A stretch of DNA of 27,228 nucleotides from an uncultured bacterium (lineage in GTDB: Bacteria > Patescibacteriota > Minisyncoccia > Phycocordibacterales > GWA1-40-21), in assembly GCA_903868205.1 (NCBI GenBank), contig CAIPUJ010000062.1:1-27228 (forward strand), read 5' to 3'. Every line of letters begins with the position of its first letter. The first letter of the stretch is position 1. Under the pieces are notes generated by a model, which saw only the letters and a program-made list of their open reading frames with translations, made no database searches and had not been told where the DNA came from. Shown piece after piece: positions 15,089 to 23,921 of the stretch. The translations under genes were made by a program, and so were the position numbers.

Positions 15089-15115
15089 AACCCGGCTTAG
15101 GTAAGCCGGGTTTTT
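15089..15115 (+). terminator. Intrinsic terminator
   Basis: AACCCGGCTT-aggt-AAGCCGGGTT followed by TTT. Confidence 0.8.
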
Positions 15116-15153
15116 CTTTGCCTCTTTTTCTATTTCACTAAATTTGCTACAAT

Positions 15154-15426
15154 TCACCCATTAAAGTTTTTGCCAACGTTTTTGAAATGATGGTTGCTTA
15201 GATGGTCATACTTTTTAATGATATTACAGCTTAAAAGCAATTTCATATAAAAACAAAAACATTTCATTGGCAAAAATTTTGTTAGGGTGAACCCGTTAAA
15301 GTTTTTGCCAATGTTTATTAAAAATGTTATGTATATATTGCATAATATTGCCGTATTACTTATGTTATAATGAGTTTGCGTTGATTAACGATAAACAATT
15401 TTTGTTGGCAAAAATTTTGTTCGGGT
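15154..15426. repeat. Two abutting inverted-repeat-bounded units (137 and 136 bp) upstream of ileS
   Basis: Unit 1: TCACCCATTAAAGTTTTTGCCAA...TTGGCAAAAATTTTGTTAGGGTGA (15154-15290). Unit 2: ACCCGTTAAAGTTTTTGCCAA...TTGGCAAAAATTTTGTTCGGGT (15291-15426). The interiors (90 and 93 bp) differ. Confidence 0.85.
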
Positions 15427-15445
15427 AAACTAAATAAAAAAATAT

Positions 15446-18400
15446 ATGGATACACCCAAAAAGAGTAAAAATGCTGAAAGAGAAGAAGAATTATTAAAAT
15501 TTTGGCAGGAGAATAAAATTTTTGAAAAGACTTTAACGAAAGATTCACCAAAAGGTGAGTATGTCTTTTATGACGGACCTCCTTTTGCTACTGGTTTACC
15601 GCACTTCGGGCATATTCTTGCTGGAACAATGAAAGATTTTGTGGGCAGATATAAAACAATGAGAGGATACCATGTTCCAAGAAGATGGGGTTGGGATTGT
15701 CACGGTCTTCCTGTAGAAAATATTGTTCAAGATGAGATTGGTTTGAAATCAAAAAAAGATATTGAAGATTTTGGTTTAGAAAAATTCAATGATACCGCAA
15801 GAAGCAAAGTTTTTACATATGTAGATGATTGGAAAAAGATTGTTCCAAGAATGGGCCGTTTTGTAGATATGGAGAATGACTACAAGACGCTAAATCCGAG
15901 CTATACAGAAAGTGTTTGGTGGGCCTTTAAAAAATTACAGGATAAAGGATTGATTTACGAAGGTTTTAAATCAATGCATCTTTGTCCACAGTGTGGAACG
16001 ACTCTTTCAAACTTTGAGGTAGGGCAGGGATATAAAGATATTACTGATATTTCAGTAACAGCTAAATTTGAATTGATAGATGAGCCAGGAACATTTTTCC
16101 TTGCATGGACAACAACCCCTTGGACTCTTCCTGGTAACGTGGCTTTAGCTATAAATTCTGAAATTGATTATGTTAAAATTGTTGAAGTAGCGAAAACTAC
16201 TATTGGTGAATCTAATGGCAGATATGATTTACCAAGTGGAGAAAAATATATTTTAGCCAAGGCAATTTTTGCAAAAGAATCTCAGAAACTTACACCAGAT
16301 GGATCATCAGAAGTATACATCTATAACAATAAAAATTATAAAATATTAGAAACTTTTATTGGAGAAAAAATAGTTGGTAAATCATACAAACCACTTTTTG
16401 ATTATTACAATAACGACAAACTTAAAAACAGAGAAAATGGTTTTAAGGTATATTCTGCAAGTTTTGTAACTACTGAAGATGGTACTGGTATTGTGCATAT
16501 TGCACCGGCTTTTGGAGAAGACGATATGAATCTTGGAAAAGAAAAGAAACTTCCTTTTATCCAACATGTAAATATGGCTGGAGAATTTACTCCAGAAGTT
16601 TTTGACTTTGCAGGACAAAAAGTAAAACCAAAAGACGATCACCAGAAAGCAGATATTGATGTTATTAAATTTTTAGCAGGTAAAAATTCTCTATATGCAA
16701 AAGAAAAATTTACTCACTCATATCCTCATTGTTGGAGATGTGATACACCACTCCTAAACTACGCGACAAGCTCTTGGTTTGTTGAGGTTACAAAAATAAA
16801 AAATGATCTTATAGAAGCAAATAATAAAATCGGATGGGTACCGAAAGAAATAGGAGAGGGAAGATTTGGTAAGTGGCTTGAGAATGTTCGTGACTGGTCT
16901 ATTTCTCGTTCTAGATTCTGGGGCGCTCCTTTACCTGTGTGGAGATGTGAAAAATGTAAGGGTAATCATTTTGTGGGTTCAATAGAAGATATTAAAAAAC
17001 AAACAACAAGAAATAATAAATTCTTGGTTGTTCGTCATGGCGAAGCAGAAAGTAATGTTCTAGGTATTTTAAGTTCAAATCCAAAAGTAAATCATTCTCT
17101 TACACAAAATGGTAAAGATCAGGCTGTGGAAGCAGGGGACAAACTCAAAGATACAAAAGTAGATATTATTTATTGTTCTCCTTTTGTAAGAACAAAAGAA
17201 ACAGCAGAGCTTATTGCAAAACAGATTGGATATCCTGTGGAAAAAATAGTTTTTGATGAAAGACTTCATGAAATATATGTCGGTGTTCTTGATGGTAAAC
17301 CAGATGCAGAATATCAAGCATTCTTTGAATCAAGAGGTGCGAAGTTTTGGAAGACTCCAGAAGGAGGGGAGAACTATACTACTGTAAAAAACAGAATGAC
17401 TGATTTTCTTTATGATATAAATTCTAAAAATGAAGGTAAGAATATTTTAATTGTTTCCCACAATACACCTATCTGGCTTATGTTTGGTGGTGCTTCTGGT
17501 ATGACACCAGAGCAACTTATGGCGATGAGAGAAGCCGGTAAACCTTTTATTTATAACGCAGAAGTAAAAGAGCTTGAATTTGCAGCTATTCCTCACAATA
17601 GAAATTACGAATTAGATTTACACAGACCATTTATCGATGAGCTTATTTTGCCGTGTAAATGTGGTGGAGAAATGAAGCGCATCCCAGAAGTTTTTGATTG
17701 TTGGTTTGAATCAGGCTCAATGCCGTTTGCACAGTCTCATTATCCATTTGAGAATTTAGATAAATTTAATCCAGAAAAAGGTATTGGTTTCCCAGCAGAC
17801 TTTATCGCCGAAGGAGTAGATCAAACTAGAGGATGGTTTTATTCTATGCTTGTCCTTTCTGTTGCTTTGTTTGGTGAATCTTCTTATAAAAATGTTGTTG
17901 TAAATGGAATTGTTCTCGCTGAAGATGGGCAGAAGATGGCGAAGAGATTAAAAAATTATACTCCACCTATGGAGTTGGCAGATAAATTTAGCGCAGATGC
18001 AATGAGATATTACTTATTGTCTTCAAGTGTTATGAAAGCTGAAGATTTGAAATTCTCAGATGAAGGAGTAGATGAAGTCGTAAAAAAAGTAATTATGAGG
18101 CTTCAAAATGTTCATTCTTTCTACGAAATGTACGGAGGAAAAGATTTGAAAGAAAAAGTTGGAAATTCTCTCAATGTTTTGGATAAGTGGATTCTTGCAC
18201 GATTGAAAGAAACAGCAACACAGATGACAAAGTCTACAGAAAAATATGAGCTTGATAGAGCAACCTGGCCTATAGCTGACTTTATTGAAGATCTTTCCAC
18301 TTGGTTTCTAAGAAGATCAAGAGACAGATTCAAATCAGAAAATATTTCTGATAGAAATTTTGCTATAAATACAACAAAAGAAATTATTCTAAACGTTTCT

Positions 18401-19003
18401 AAACTTATCGCTCCATCAATGCCTTTTTTGGCTGAAGATTTGTATAAGAAAATTGGAGGAGAAAAAGAAAGCGTACATTTAGAAGCTTGGCCAGATGAAT
18501 TTGTAGGGGAACTTACAAAAGAAGAAGTCGAGACAATAGAAAATATGAAGGACGTCAGAAATGCTGTTTCTCTCGGGTTAGAATCTAGAGCAAAATCTGG
18601 AATTAAAGTCAGACAACCTTTAGCTAAAATACAAATTCAAAGTGAAAAGCTAAAAGGCAAACAGGAATACTTAGATTTGATTAAAGATGAAGTAAATGTG
18701 AAAGAAGCGATCACAGACAAAAGTATTTCTGAATTGGTAGTGCTTGATACAAATATTACTCCAGACTTAAAAGATGAAGGGGATATAAGAGATTTAATTA
18801 GAAGTATTCAAGAAGAAAGAAAGAATAAAAAACTAAGTCCAAATGATTTGATTGGACTTACTGTAGATACTAATGATATTGGCAAGAGTCTTGTAGAAAA
18901 GTTTAAAGATGAAATAGTTAGGGTTACAAATGTTAAGGATATTTCTTTCGGCCCAAACATTCAAGAAAACTCACCCGGTATTTTTATCAAGTTCTTAGTT
19001 TAG
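15446..19003 (+). CDS. ileS: Isoleucine--tRNA ligase, type 2, with an inserted histidine-phosphatase domain
   Basis: DGPPFATGLPHFGH, GWDCHGLP, WTTTPWTLPGN, EGVDQTRGWF, KMAKR; type-2-like C-terminus; RHG motif at residue 530. Confidence 0.96.
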   Translation: MDTPKKSKNAEREEELLKFWQENKIFEKTLTKDSPKGEYVFYDGPPFATGLPHFGHILAGTMKDFVGRYKTMRGYHVPRRWGWDCHGLPVENIVQDEIGLKSKKDIEDFGLEKFNDTARSKVFTYVDDWKKIVPRMGRFVDMENDYKTLNPSYTESVWWAFKKLQDKGLIYEGFKSMHLCPQCGTTLSNFEVGQGYKDITDISVTAKFELIDEPGTFFLAWTTTPWTLPGNVALAINSEIDYVKIVEVAKTTIGESNGRYDLPSGEKYILAKAIFAKESQKLTPDGSSEVYIYNNKNYKILETFIGEKIVGKSYKPLFDYYNNDKLKNRENGFKVYSASFVTTEDGTGIVHIAPAFGEDDMNLGKEKKLPFIQHVNMAGEFTPEVFDFAGQKVKPKDDHQKADIDVIKFLAGKNSLYAKEKFTHSYPHCWRCDTPLLNYATSSWFVEVTKIKNDLIEANNKIGWVPKEIGEGRFGKWLENVRDWSISRSRFWGAPLPVWRCEKCKGNHFVGSIEDIKKQTTRNNKFLVVRHGEAESNVLGILSSNPKVNHSLTQNGKDQAVEAGDKLKDTKVDIIYCSPFVRTKETAELIAKQIGYPVEKIVFDERLHEIYVGVLDGKPDAEYQAFFESRGAKFWKTPEGGENYTTVKNRMTDFLYDINSKNEGKNILIVSHNTPIWLMFGGASGMTPEQLMAMREAGKPFIYNAEVKELEFAAIPHNRNYELDLHRPFIDELILPCKCGGEMKRIPEVFDCWFESGSMPFAQSHYPFENLDKFNPEKGIGFPADFIAEGVDQTRGWFYSMLVLSVALFGESSYKNVVVNGIVLAEDGQKMAKRLKNYTPPMELADKFSADAMRYYLLSSSVMKAEDLKFSDEGVDEVVKKVIMRLQNVHSFYEMYGGKDLKEKVGNSLNVLDKWILARLKETATQMTKSTEKYELDRATWPIADFIEDLSTWFLRRSRDRFKSENISDRNFAINTTKEIILNVSKLIAPSMPFLAEDLYKKIGGEKESVHLEAWPDEFVGELTKEEVETIENMKDVRNAVSLGLESRAKSGIKVRQPLAKIQIQSEKLKGKQEYLDLIKDEVNVKEAITDKSISELVVLDTNITPDLKDEGDIRDLIRSIQEERKNKKLSPNDLIGLTVDTNDIGKSLVEKFKDEIVRVTNVKDISFGPNIQENSPGIFIKFLV

Positions 19004-19013
19004 TATCTTAACC

Positions 19014-19143
19014 TCTAAGCGAGTTTTTACTTTTTAAAAATATTACGGAGCAAAATTTCTAGCAAGAAATTTTGCGAGTATAGAAGAAATTTTTTGACGA
19101 AAAAATTTCTATCGTGTTTTTAAAAAGTAAAACTGAGCGACTT
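19014..19143 (-). repeat. Dispersed ~135-bp palindromic repeat, diverged inverted copy
   Basis: Reverse complement shares TTTTTAAAAACACGAT, CTATACTC, AAATTTCTTGCTAGAAATTT and GCTCCGTAATATTTTTAAAAAGT with 1987-2122. Confidence 0.9.
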
Positions 19144-19145
19144 TT

Positions 19146-19730
19146 ATGCATCACATTTATACAACCGAAGCTATTCTTATAAAAAGTGTCCCGATAGGGG
19201 AGGCTAATCGTCTTTACTTTTTACTCACCAAAGATCTTGGGCTTATCAGAGCTACTGCACAGAGTGTAAGATCTCCAAAATCAAAACTAAACGGACACCT
19301 CCAGGTTTTTTGTCTTGTAAAAATTTCTGTTGTAAAAGGTAAAGATATTTGGCGTATTACTAGTGTTGAATCTATATTACAAAATGGCCTTATTAGACAC
19401 GTTGGCAAACTTTCTGTTTTACACAATATTTCAAAACTTTTTCTTAGACTTGTTCATGGAGAAGAAAAGAACGAGGAGCTTTTTGAGTCTGTAAAATCAG
19501 CCTATATCATCTGTCGTGACGCTGATTTGTCTCATGAGGAGCTTAGACTTACAGAAATACTTACCGTTCTTAGAATGATGCATTTTCTAGGGTATATCAA
19601 AAAAACAGAAGGCCTTTCTTCTTTTGCAGAGGGTACAAATATTACTCCAGAAATTTTAGAAAATTTTAGTAAAAACAAAAAACAAGCGATTCTAGAAATC
19701 AACAATGCACTTAAGGAAACGCACTTGTAA
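19146..19730 (+). CDS. recO: DNA repair protein RecO
   Basis: N-terminal OB-fold pattern T.AI.IKS..IGEANR....LTKDLGLI.A.AQSVR...SKL; 194 aa. Confidence 0.85.
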   Translation: MHHIYTTEAILIKSVPIGEANRLYFLLTKDLGLIRATAQSVRSPKSKLNGHLQVFCLVKISVVKGKDIWRITSVESILQNGLIRHVGKLSVLHNISKLFLRLVHGEEKNEELFESVKSAYIICRDADLSHEELRLTEILTVLRMMHFLGYIKKTEGLSSFAEGTNITPEILENFSKNKKQAILEINNALKETHL

Positions 19731-19753
19731 TTATGGTATAATATTTGGACATT

Positions 19754-21675
19754 ATGTTTTATCCAAACGAAGAAGAAAAAAGAAATAAGCTTGAAGATAT
19801 AAAGAAGAGTCTTTATTCTCGTGACAATGCCTCCATGTCTTCTAAAAGGAGACACTCTTTAGGTTCAGATATTGTAAAAGCAAATACAGAATGGTCTGAA
19901 GATGATTTAAAAAAGGAGTCTGATTTTAAACTACCTTACAAAAATATTTTTCTTGTAGCTATTATCTTTTTTGTTTTTGCTATAGGTTTTGCTTCTTACA
20001 AATTTTTCATTTCCGGGAATATGATTTCTGGTGATAATGTAGATATTATTATTCGTGGACCAGTATCTATCGCTGGTGGGGAAGTATTGCCACTTGATGT
20101 TGAAGTAAAGAACAAAAACAATGTGGATTTGAAAGTTGTAGATCTTAAAATACTGTATCCAGATGGTACAAGAAGCCCAGAAGATCTTTCAGCGCCTCTC
20201 ATAAGATACAGTGACCTTTTAGGCGATATAAATACAGGCAAAAGTGTTAACGTCTATTAAAATCTGTTTTATTTGGTGAGGAAAATGTAAAAAAGGAGGT
20301 AAAATTTACCGTTGAGTATAGAGTCCCTGGTTCTAATGCTATTTTTTATAAAGAAAAAGTTTACACTGTTCTTATAAGTTCATCTCCTATCAATATGAAA
20401 GTCCTTGGGGTGGGCGAGATTAGCGCCAATCAAAAAACAGATTTTACTATTGAGATAGAATCAAATTCTTTGTCTGTAATTAATAATCTTATTTTAAAGG
20501 CGGATTATCCTTTTGGTTTTGATTATATTTCTGCCGCACCGAAACCAAGTTCTGTTGATAATAGTATTTGGACTATAGGTGATCTTGAACCTGGAGCGAA
20601 GAGGACGATTAAACTTTCTGGTTCTGTAAATGGACAAGATGGCGAAGAAAGAGTTTTTAAATTCACTGTTGGTACACCAGATAAGCTAGATGACAAGACA
20701 ATAAACACGGCTTTTTCAGTTTATACAGCCAATGTTTCAATTAAAAAACCTTTTCTTGGTGTTAATTTATTTATAAATGGAGATTCAGCTAAAGAAGTTG
20801 TTGTTAATAGTGGAAGTAAGATAAGTGCTGATTTATCATGGCAAAATAATTTGGTAAGTAATGTTTATGATGTATCGATAAAAGTTAAGCTCAGTGGTCC
20901 GATTTTGGATAAAACTACAGTTTATACCGAGCAAGGTTTTTATAATTCATCAGACAATACAATTACTTTTGATAAACAAAAAGATAAAGCTTTTGCTTTA
21001 GTAGAACCAGGGTATCAGGGTGAAACAGGTTTTGTTTTTTCATTGTTTGGTCCTCAGTCTCAGACCGGATTATCATTTAATAATCCAGAAGTTGGTATGG
21101 ATATAAGTGTCTTTGGTAATCGTGTAGAGGGAAGTGGGGTTTCTCAGGAACTTCTTTATTCAGCTTCTAAAAAGATAAAGGTTGCCTCAGTCCTCAGACT
21201 TACTTTTCGTGGTCTTAGGTCTCTTGGACCTTTTGCAAATACTGGCCCTGTGCCTCAAGTTGCCGAACAGGAAACTACATATACTGTTACATGGTCTGCT
21301 ACAAATTATATAAATGATGTAAACAATGCAAAGGTTGTCGCCGTTTTGCCGGCTTATGTTAAATGGAACGAACTTACAAGTCCTTCTATTGAAAAGCTTG
21401 ATTATAATTCTTCAACAAATGAGGTAACTTGGAATATCGGAGGAATAAAAGCAGGAACAGGATTAACTTATTATCCAAGAGAGGTTTCATTTAATCTTTC
21501 TTTTACACCAAGCTTAAGTCAGGTTGGCGAGGCACCAGAAATTTTGGGGCAAGCTACAATTACTGGTACAGATTCATTTACGAATACTGAGGTTGGTGAG
21601 ACAAAAGCCCATGTAACTACAGAGATTGTGACAGATCCAAATTATGAGCCTGGCAAGGGTAAAGTTTCCCAATAA
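19754..21675 (+). pseudogene. Large single-pass membrane protein with beta-rich Ig-like/DUF11-like repeats, split by a frameshift near 20251-20257
   Basis: The first frame (with a TM helix) stops at 20258-20260. The second frame is open from 20251 (KSVLFGEENVKKEVKFTVEYRVPGSNAIF...) through ATG 20395 to 21675. Adding one base joins them into ~640 aa. Confidence 0.75.
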
Positions 21676-21821
21676 TTTGCTAAAAATTTAATTTTAGCTA
21701 TTATTTGATTTATAAGTATTAAAAGCAAAGGCAAAGAGGATAAAATCTTTTCGAGGTCTCTCCTTAAGGAGGAGTCTGCGACGGGGAAAGGTGAGTCCTC
21801 GGGGAGCTAATAAAATCAATC

Positions 21822-23153
21822 ATGGCAAAACCAGAAAAAACAGTAGAACAGTTAAAAATGGAAAATATTATTTCTCTTTGTAAAAGAAGGGGGTTTATTT
21901 TTCAAGGATCTGAAATATACGGTGGACTAGCTGGTACTTGGGATTACGGACCACTCGGCGTCACTTTAAAAAATAATGTAAAAGACTATTGGTGGAAGAA
22001 ATTTGTTACTGATAGGGAAGATATGTATGGTATGGATGCGGCTATTCTTATGAATCAAAATGTTTGGAAAGCAACAGGACACGTTGGTGGTTTTTCTGAT
22101 CCGCTTTCTGAATGTAAAAAATGTAAAAAAAGATTTCGTACGGATCAACTTCCAGACAAAAAGAAGTGTCCAGATTGTGGCGGAGAAATGGGAGAAGAAA
22201 GACAGTTTAATATGCTTTTTAAGACAAATGTCGGTGCGATAGCAGACGATACTTCTGTATCATATTTGAGACCAGAAACCGCACAGGGTATGTTTGTAAA
22301 CTATAAAAATATTATAGACTCATTCCACCCTAAACTTCCTTTTGGTATGGCTCAGATAGGTAAGGCGTTTAGAAATGAAATCGCTCCTAGAGATTTTACA
22401 TTTAGATCAAGAGAGTTTGAGCAAATGGAAATAGAGTACCTTATAAAACCAGAGACTTGGAAAGAAATTTTTGAGCACTTTAGAACAGAAATGCTTGATT
22501 GGATAAAAGAAATTGGTCTTAAACAAGAAAATGTTTATGAGCACGAAATTCCAGACGAAGACAGAGCCTTCTATTCAAAGAGAACCATCGATTTCGAATT
22601 TGATTTTCCTTTTGGAAGAAATGAATTATATGGTTTGGCATACAGAACAGACTATGATTTAAGCAGGCATTCAAAGTCTAGTGGAATAGATTTAATATAC
22701 GTAGATGAAGAAACAAGAGAAAAGATTACTCCGCATTGTATTGAACCTTCTTTAGGGGTAGACAGGACAGTGTTGGCTATTCTTACTTCCGCTTACACAG
22801 AAGACGAACTCGGAGGAGAGAAGAGAACATATTTGAAATTTGTTCCTAAAATGGCCCCAGTAAAAATTGCAGTATTTCCACTTTTAAAAAATAAACCACA
22901 ACTCGTAGAAAAGGCAAGAGAGGTATATCAAAATCTTAAAAAAGAATTCGGTTTAGTAGAATTTGATGATAATGGAAATATTGGTAAGAGATATAGAAGA
23001 CAGGATGAAATAGGTACACCATATTGTGTGACAGTAGACTTCGATACTTTGGAGAAAGATAGTGCTGTAACTGTGAGAGACAGAGATACCGGTAAGCAGG
23101 AGAGAATAGAAGTTTCCAAACTTACAGATTATTTAAAAGAGAAACTATCATAA
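21822..23153 (+). CDS. glyS: Glycine--tRNA ligase, alpha2 (archaeal/eukaryote-like) type
   Basis: CKRRGFIFQGSEIYGG, YLRPETAQG, FRNEIAPR...FRSREFEQME, EPSLGVDR, GKRYRRQDEIGTP. Confidence 0.97.
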   Translation: MAKPEKTVEQLKMENIISLCKRRGFIFQGSEIYGGLAGTWDYGPLGVTLKNNVKDYWWKKFVTDREDMYGMDAAILMNQNVWKATGHVGGFSDPLSECKKCKKRFRTDQLPDKKKCPDCGGEMGEERQFNMLFKTNVGAIADDTSVSYLRPETAQGMFVNYKNIIDSFHPKLPFGMAQIGKAFRNEIAPRDFTFRSREFEQMEIEYLIKPETWKEIFEHFRTEMLDWIKEIGLKQENVYEHEIPDEDRAFYSKRTIDFEFDFPFGRNELYGLAYRTDYDLSRHSKSSGIDLIYVDEETREKITPHCIEPSLGVDRTVLAILTSAYTEDELGGEKRTYLKFVPKMAPVKIAVFPLLKNKPQLVEKAREVYQNLKKEFGLVEFDDNGNIGKRYRRQDEIGTPYCVTVDFDTLEKDSAVTVRDRDTGKQERIEVSKLTDYLKEKLS

Positions 23154-23170
23154 ATATCAAGAATGAAACA

Positions 23171-23208
23171 AAAATACCGAAATACGCCATGGCGTATCTC
23201 GGTATTTT
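23171..23208. repeat. 38-bp palindrome (REP-like), copy B
   Basis: AAAATACCGAAATACGCCATGGCGTATCTCGGTATTTT; 31/38 identical to 9218-9255. Confidence 0.8.
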
Positions 23209-23211
23209 TGT

Positions 23212-23240
23212 TTGACATATGCCTATAGTAATGTTAACGT
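23212..23240 (+). promoter_or_regulatory. Sigma70-type promoter candidate
   Basis: TTGACA (23212-23217), 17 nt, TAACGT (23235-23240) with an upstream TG. Confidence 0.55.
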
Positions 23241-23291
23241 CTTAAACGAACACGTCGTTCATTTGACTAGATTATACGTAAATAAAAGGAG

Positions 23292-23723
23292 ATGAGTATG
23301 CTGATAAGAGAAGTGGGGACTTTCTATGTATCTTTCCAAGCTGAGAACACTAATGGTTTCTGTTCACAGTCAGTTGATGGTGCTAGGATGCTGGTGGGGC
23401 AGTCTCTACTTGTATTACCAGACGGAACAATCATTGCTGCACCCCATAAGAATTTTAAGCTGCTGGCTGTTGATTGCAAAATTGACATGGCTCGCGGAAA
23501 GAATTCAGAATCTTTTTCAATGTTCAAAGAATTTATGGGAGTTGAAAACGGTTTCATTAGGTCTTCATCACTTGATCCTGTTCATGATTTCGAGTTGATC
23601 TTTACTAGTGAGAAGTTCGGGGAACAGAAATTGATCCTAAGTCCAGACGGATTACTTTGTGTGGAAAGTCTCTATAATTTTTCCAACGAAGTCGGTCCGA
23701 TGGATGAAGTGCCGATAAGCTGA
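23292..23723 (+). CDS. Hypothetical protein (143 aa; 141 aa from ATG 23298)
   Basis: Own promoter, AAGGAG 6 nt before ATG 23298, and own terminator; no recognised motif. Confidence 0.65.
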   Translation: MSMLIREVGTFYVSFQAENTNGFCSQSVDGARMLVGQSLLVLPDGTIIAAPHKNFKLLAVDCKIDMARGKNSESFSMFKEFMGVENGFIRSSSLDPVHDFELIFTSEKFGEQKLILSPDGLLCVESLYNFSNEVGPMDEVPIS

Positions 23724-23742
23724 AGATTTTTATCAGCCTTAG

Positions 23743-23771
23743 ATAGCCGTGAATTTCGCGGCTGTTTTTTT
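23743..23771 (+). terminator. Intrinsic terminator
   Basis: ATAGCCGTGA-att-TCGCGGCTGT hairpin followed by a T run. Confidence 0.75.
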
Positions 23772-23803
23772 ATGTATTTTTTTGCTATATTGAATAGATG
23801 AAT

Positions 23804-23921
23804 CCCGTTAGAGACCGCGGTCGCTTGTTTGATAATAACGAGGATTTATTTTTTGAATTAAGCTTATTAAAATAATAATTAGATAAGGGGTGGTAAAGAC
23901 CGCGACCTGTCTCTAAACGGG
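23804..23921. mobile_element. 118-bp MITE-like element with a 6-bp flanking duplication
   Basis: Termini CCCGTTAGAGAC / GTCTCTAAACGGG, inner CGCGGTC/GACCGCG; ATGAAT directly repeated at 23798-23803 and 23922-23927. Confidence 0.7.

Noticed and set aside
15154-15426. CRISPR array or classical integron attC sites
   Set aside because: Only one full and two half palindromes, 90-93-bp interiors, and no cas genes or integrase in the window. The ends do not fit RYYYAAC/GTTRRRY properly.
21690-21821. T-box or glycine riboswitch upstream of glyS
   Set aside because: No UGGNACC antiterminator motif and no recognisable aptamer; only the 24-bp repeat is supportable.
23885-23904. T-box-like AAGGGGTGGT...ACCGCG
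   Set aside because: It has a 4-nt insertion in the antiterminator bulge consensus, no stem I or terminator, and the downstream gene is a peptidase. The bases are explained by the element's inverted repeats. A similar string at 11375-11392 is treated as coincidence.
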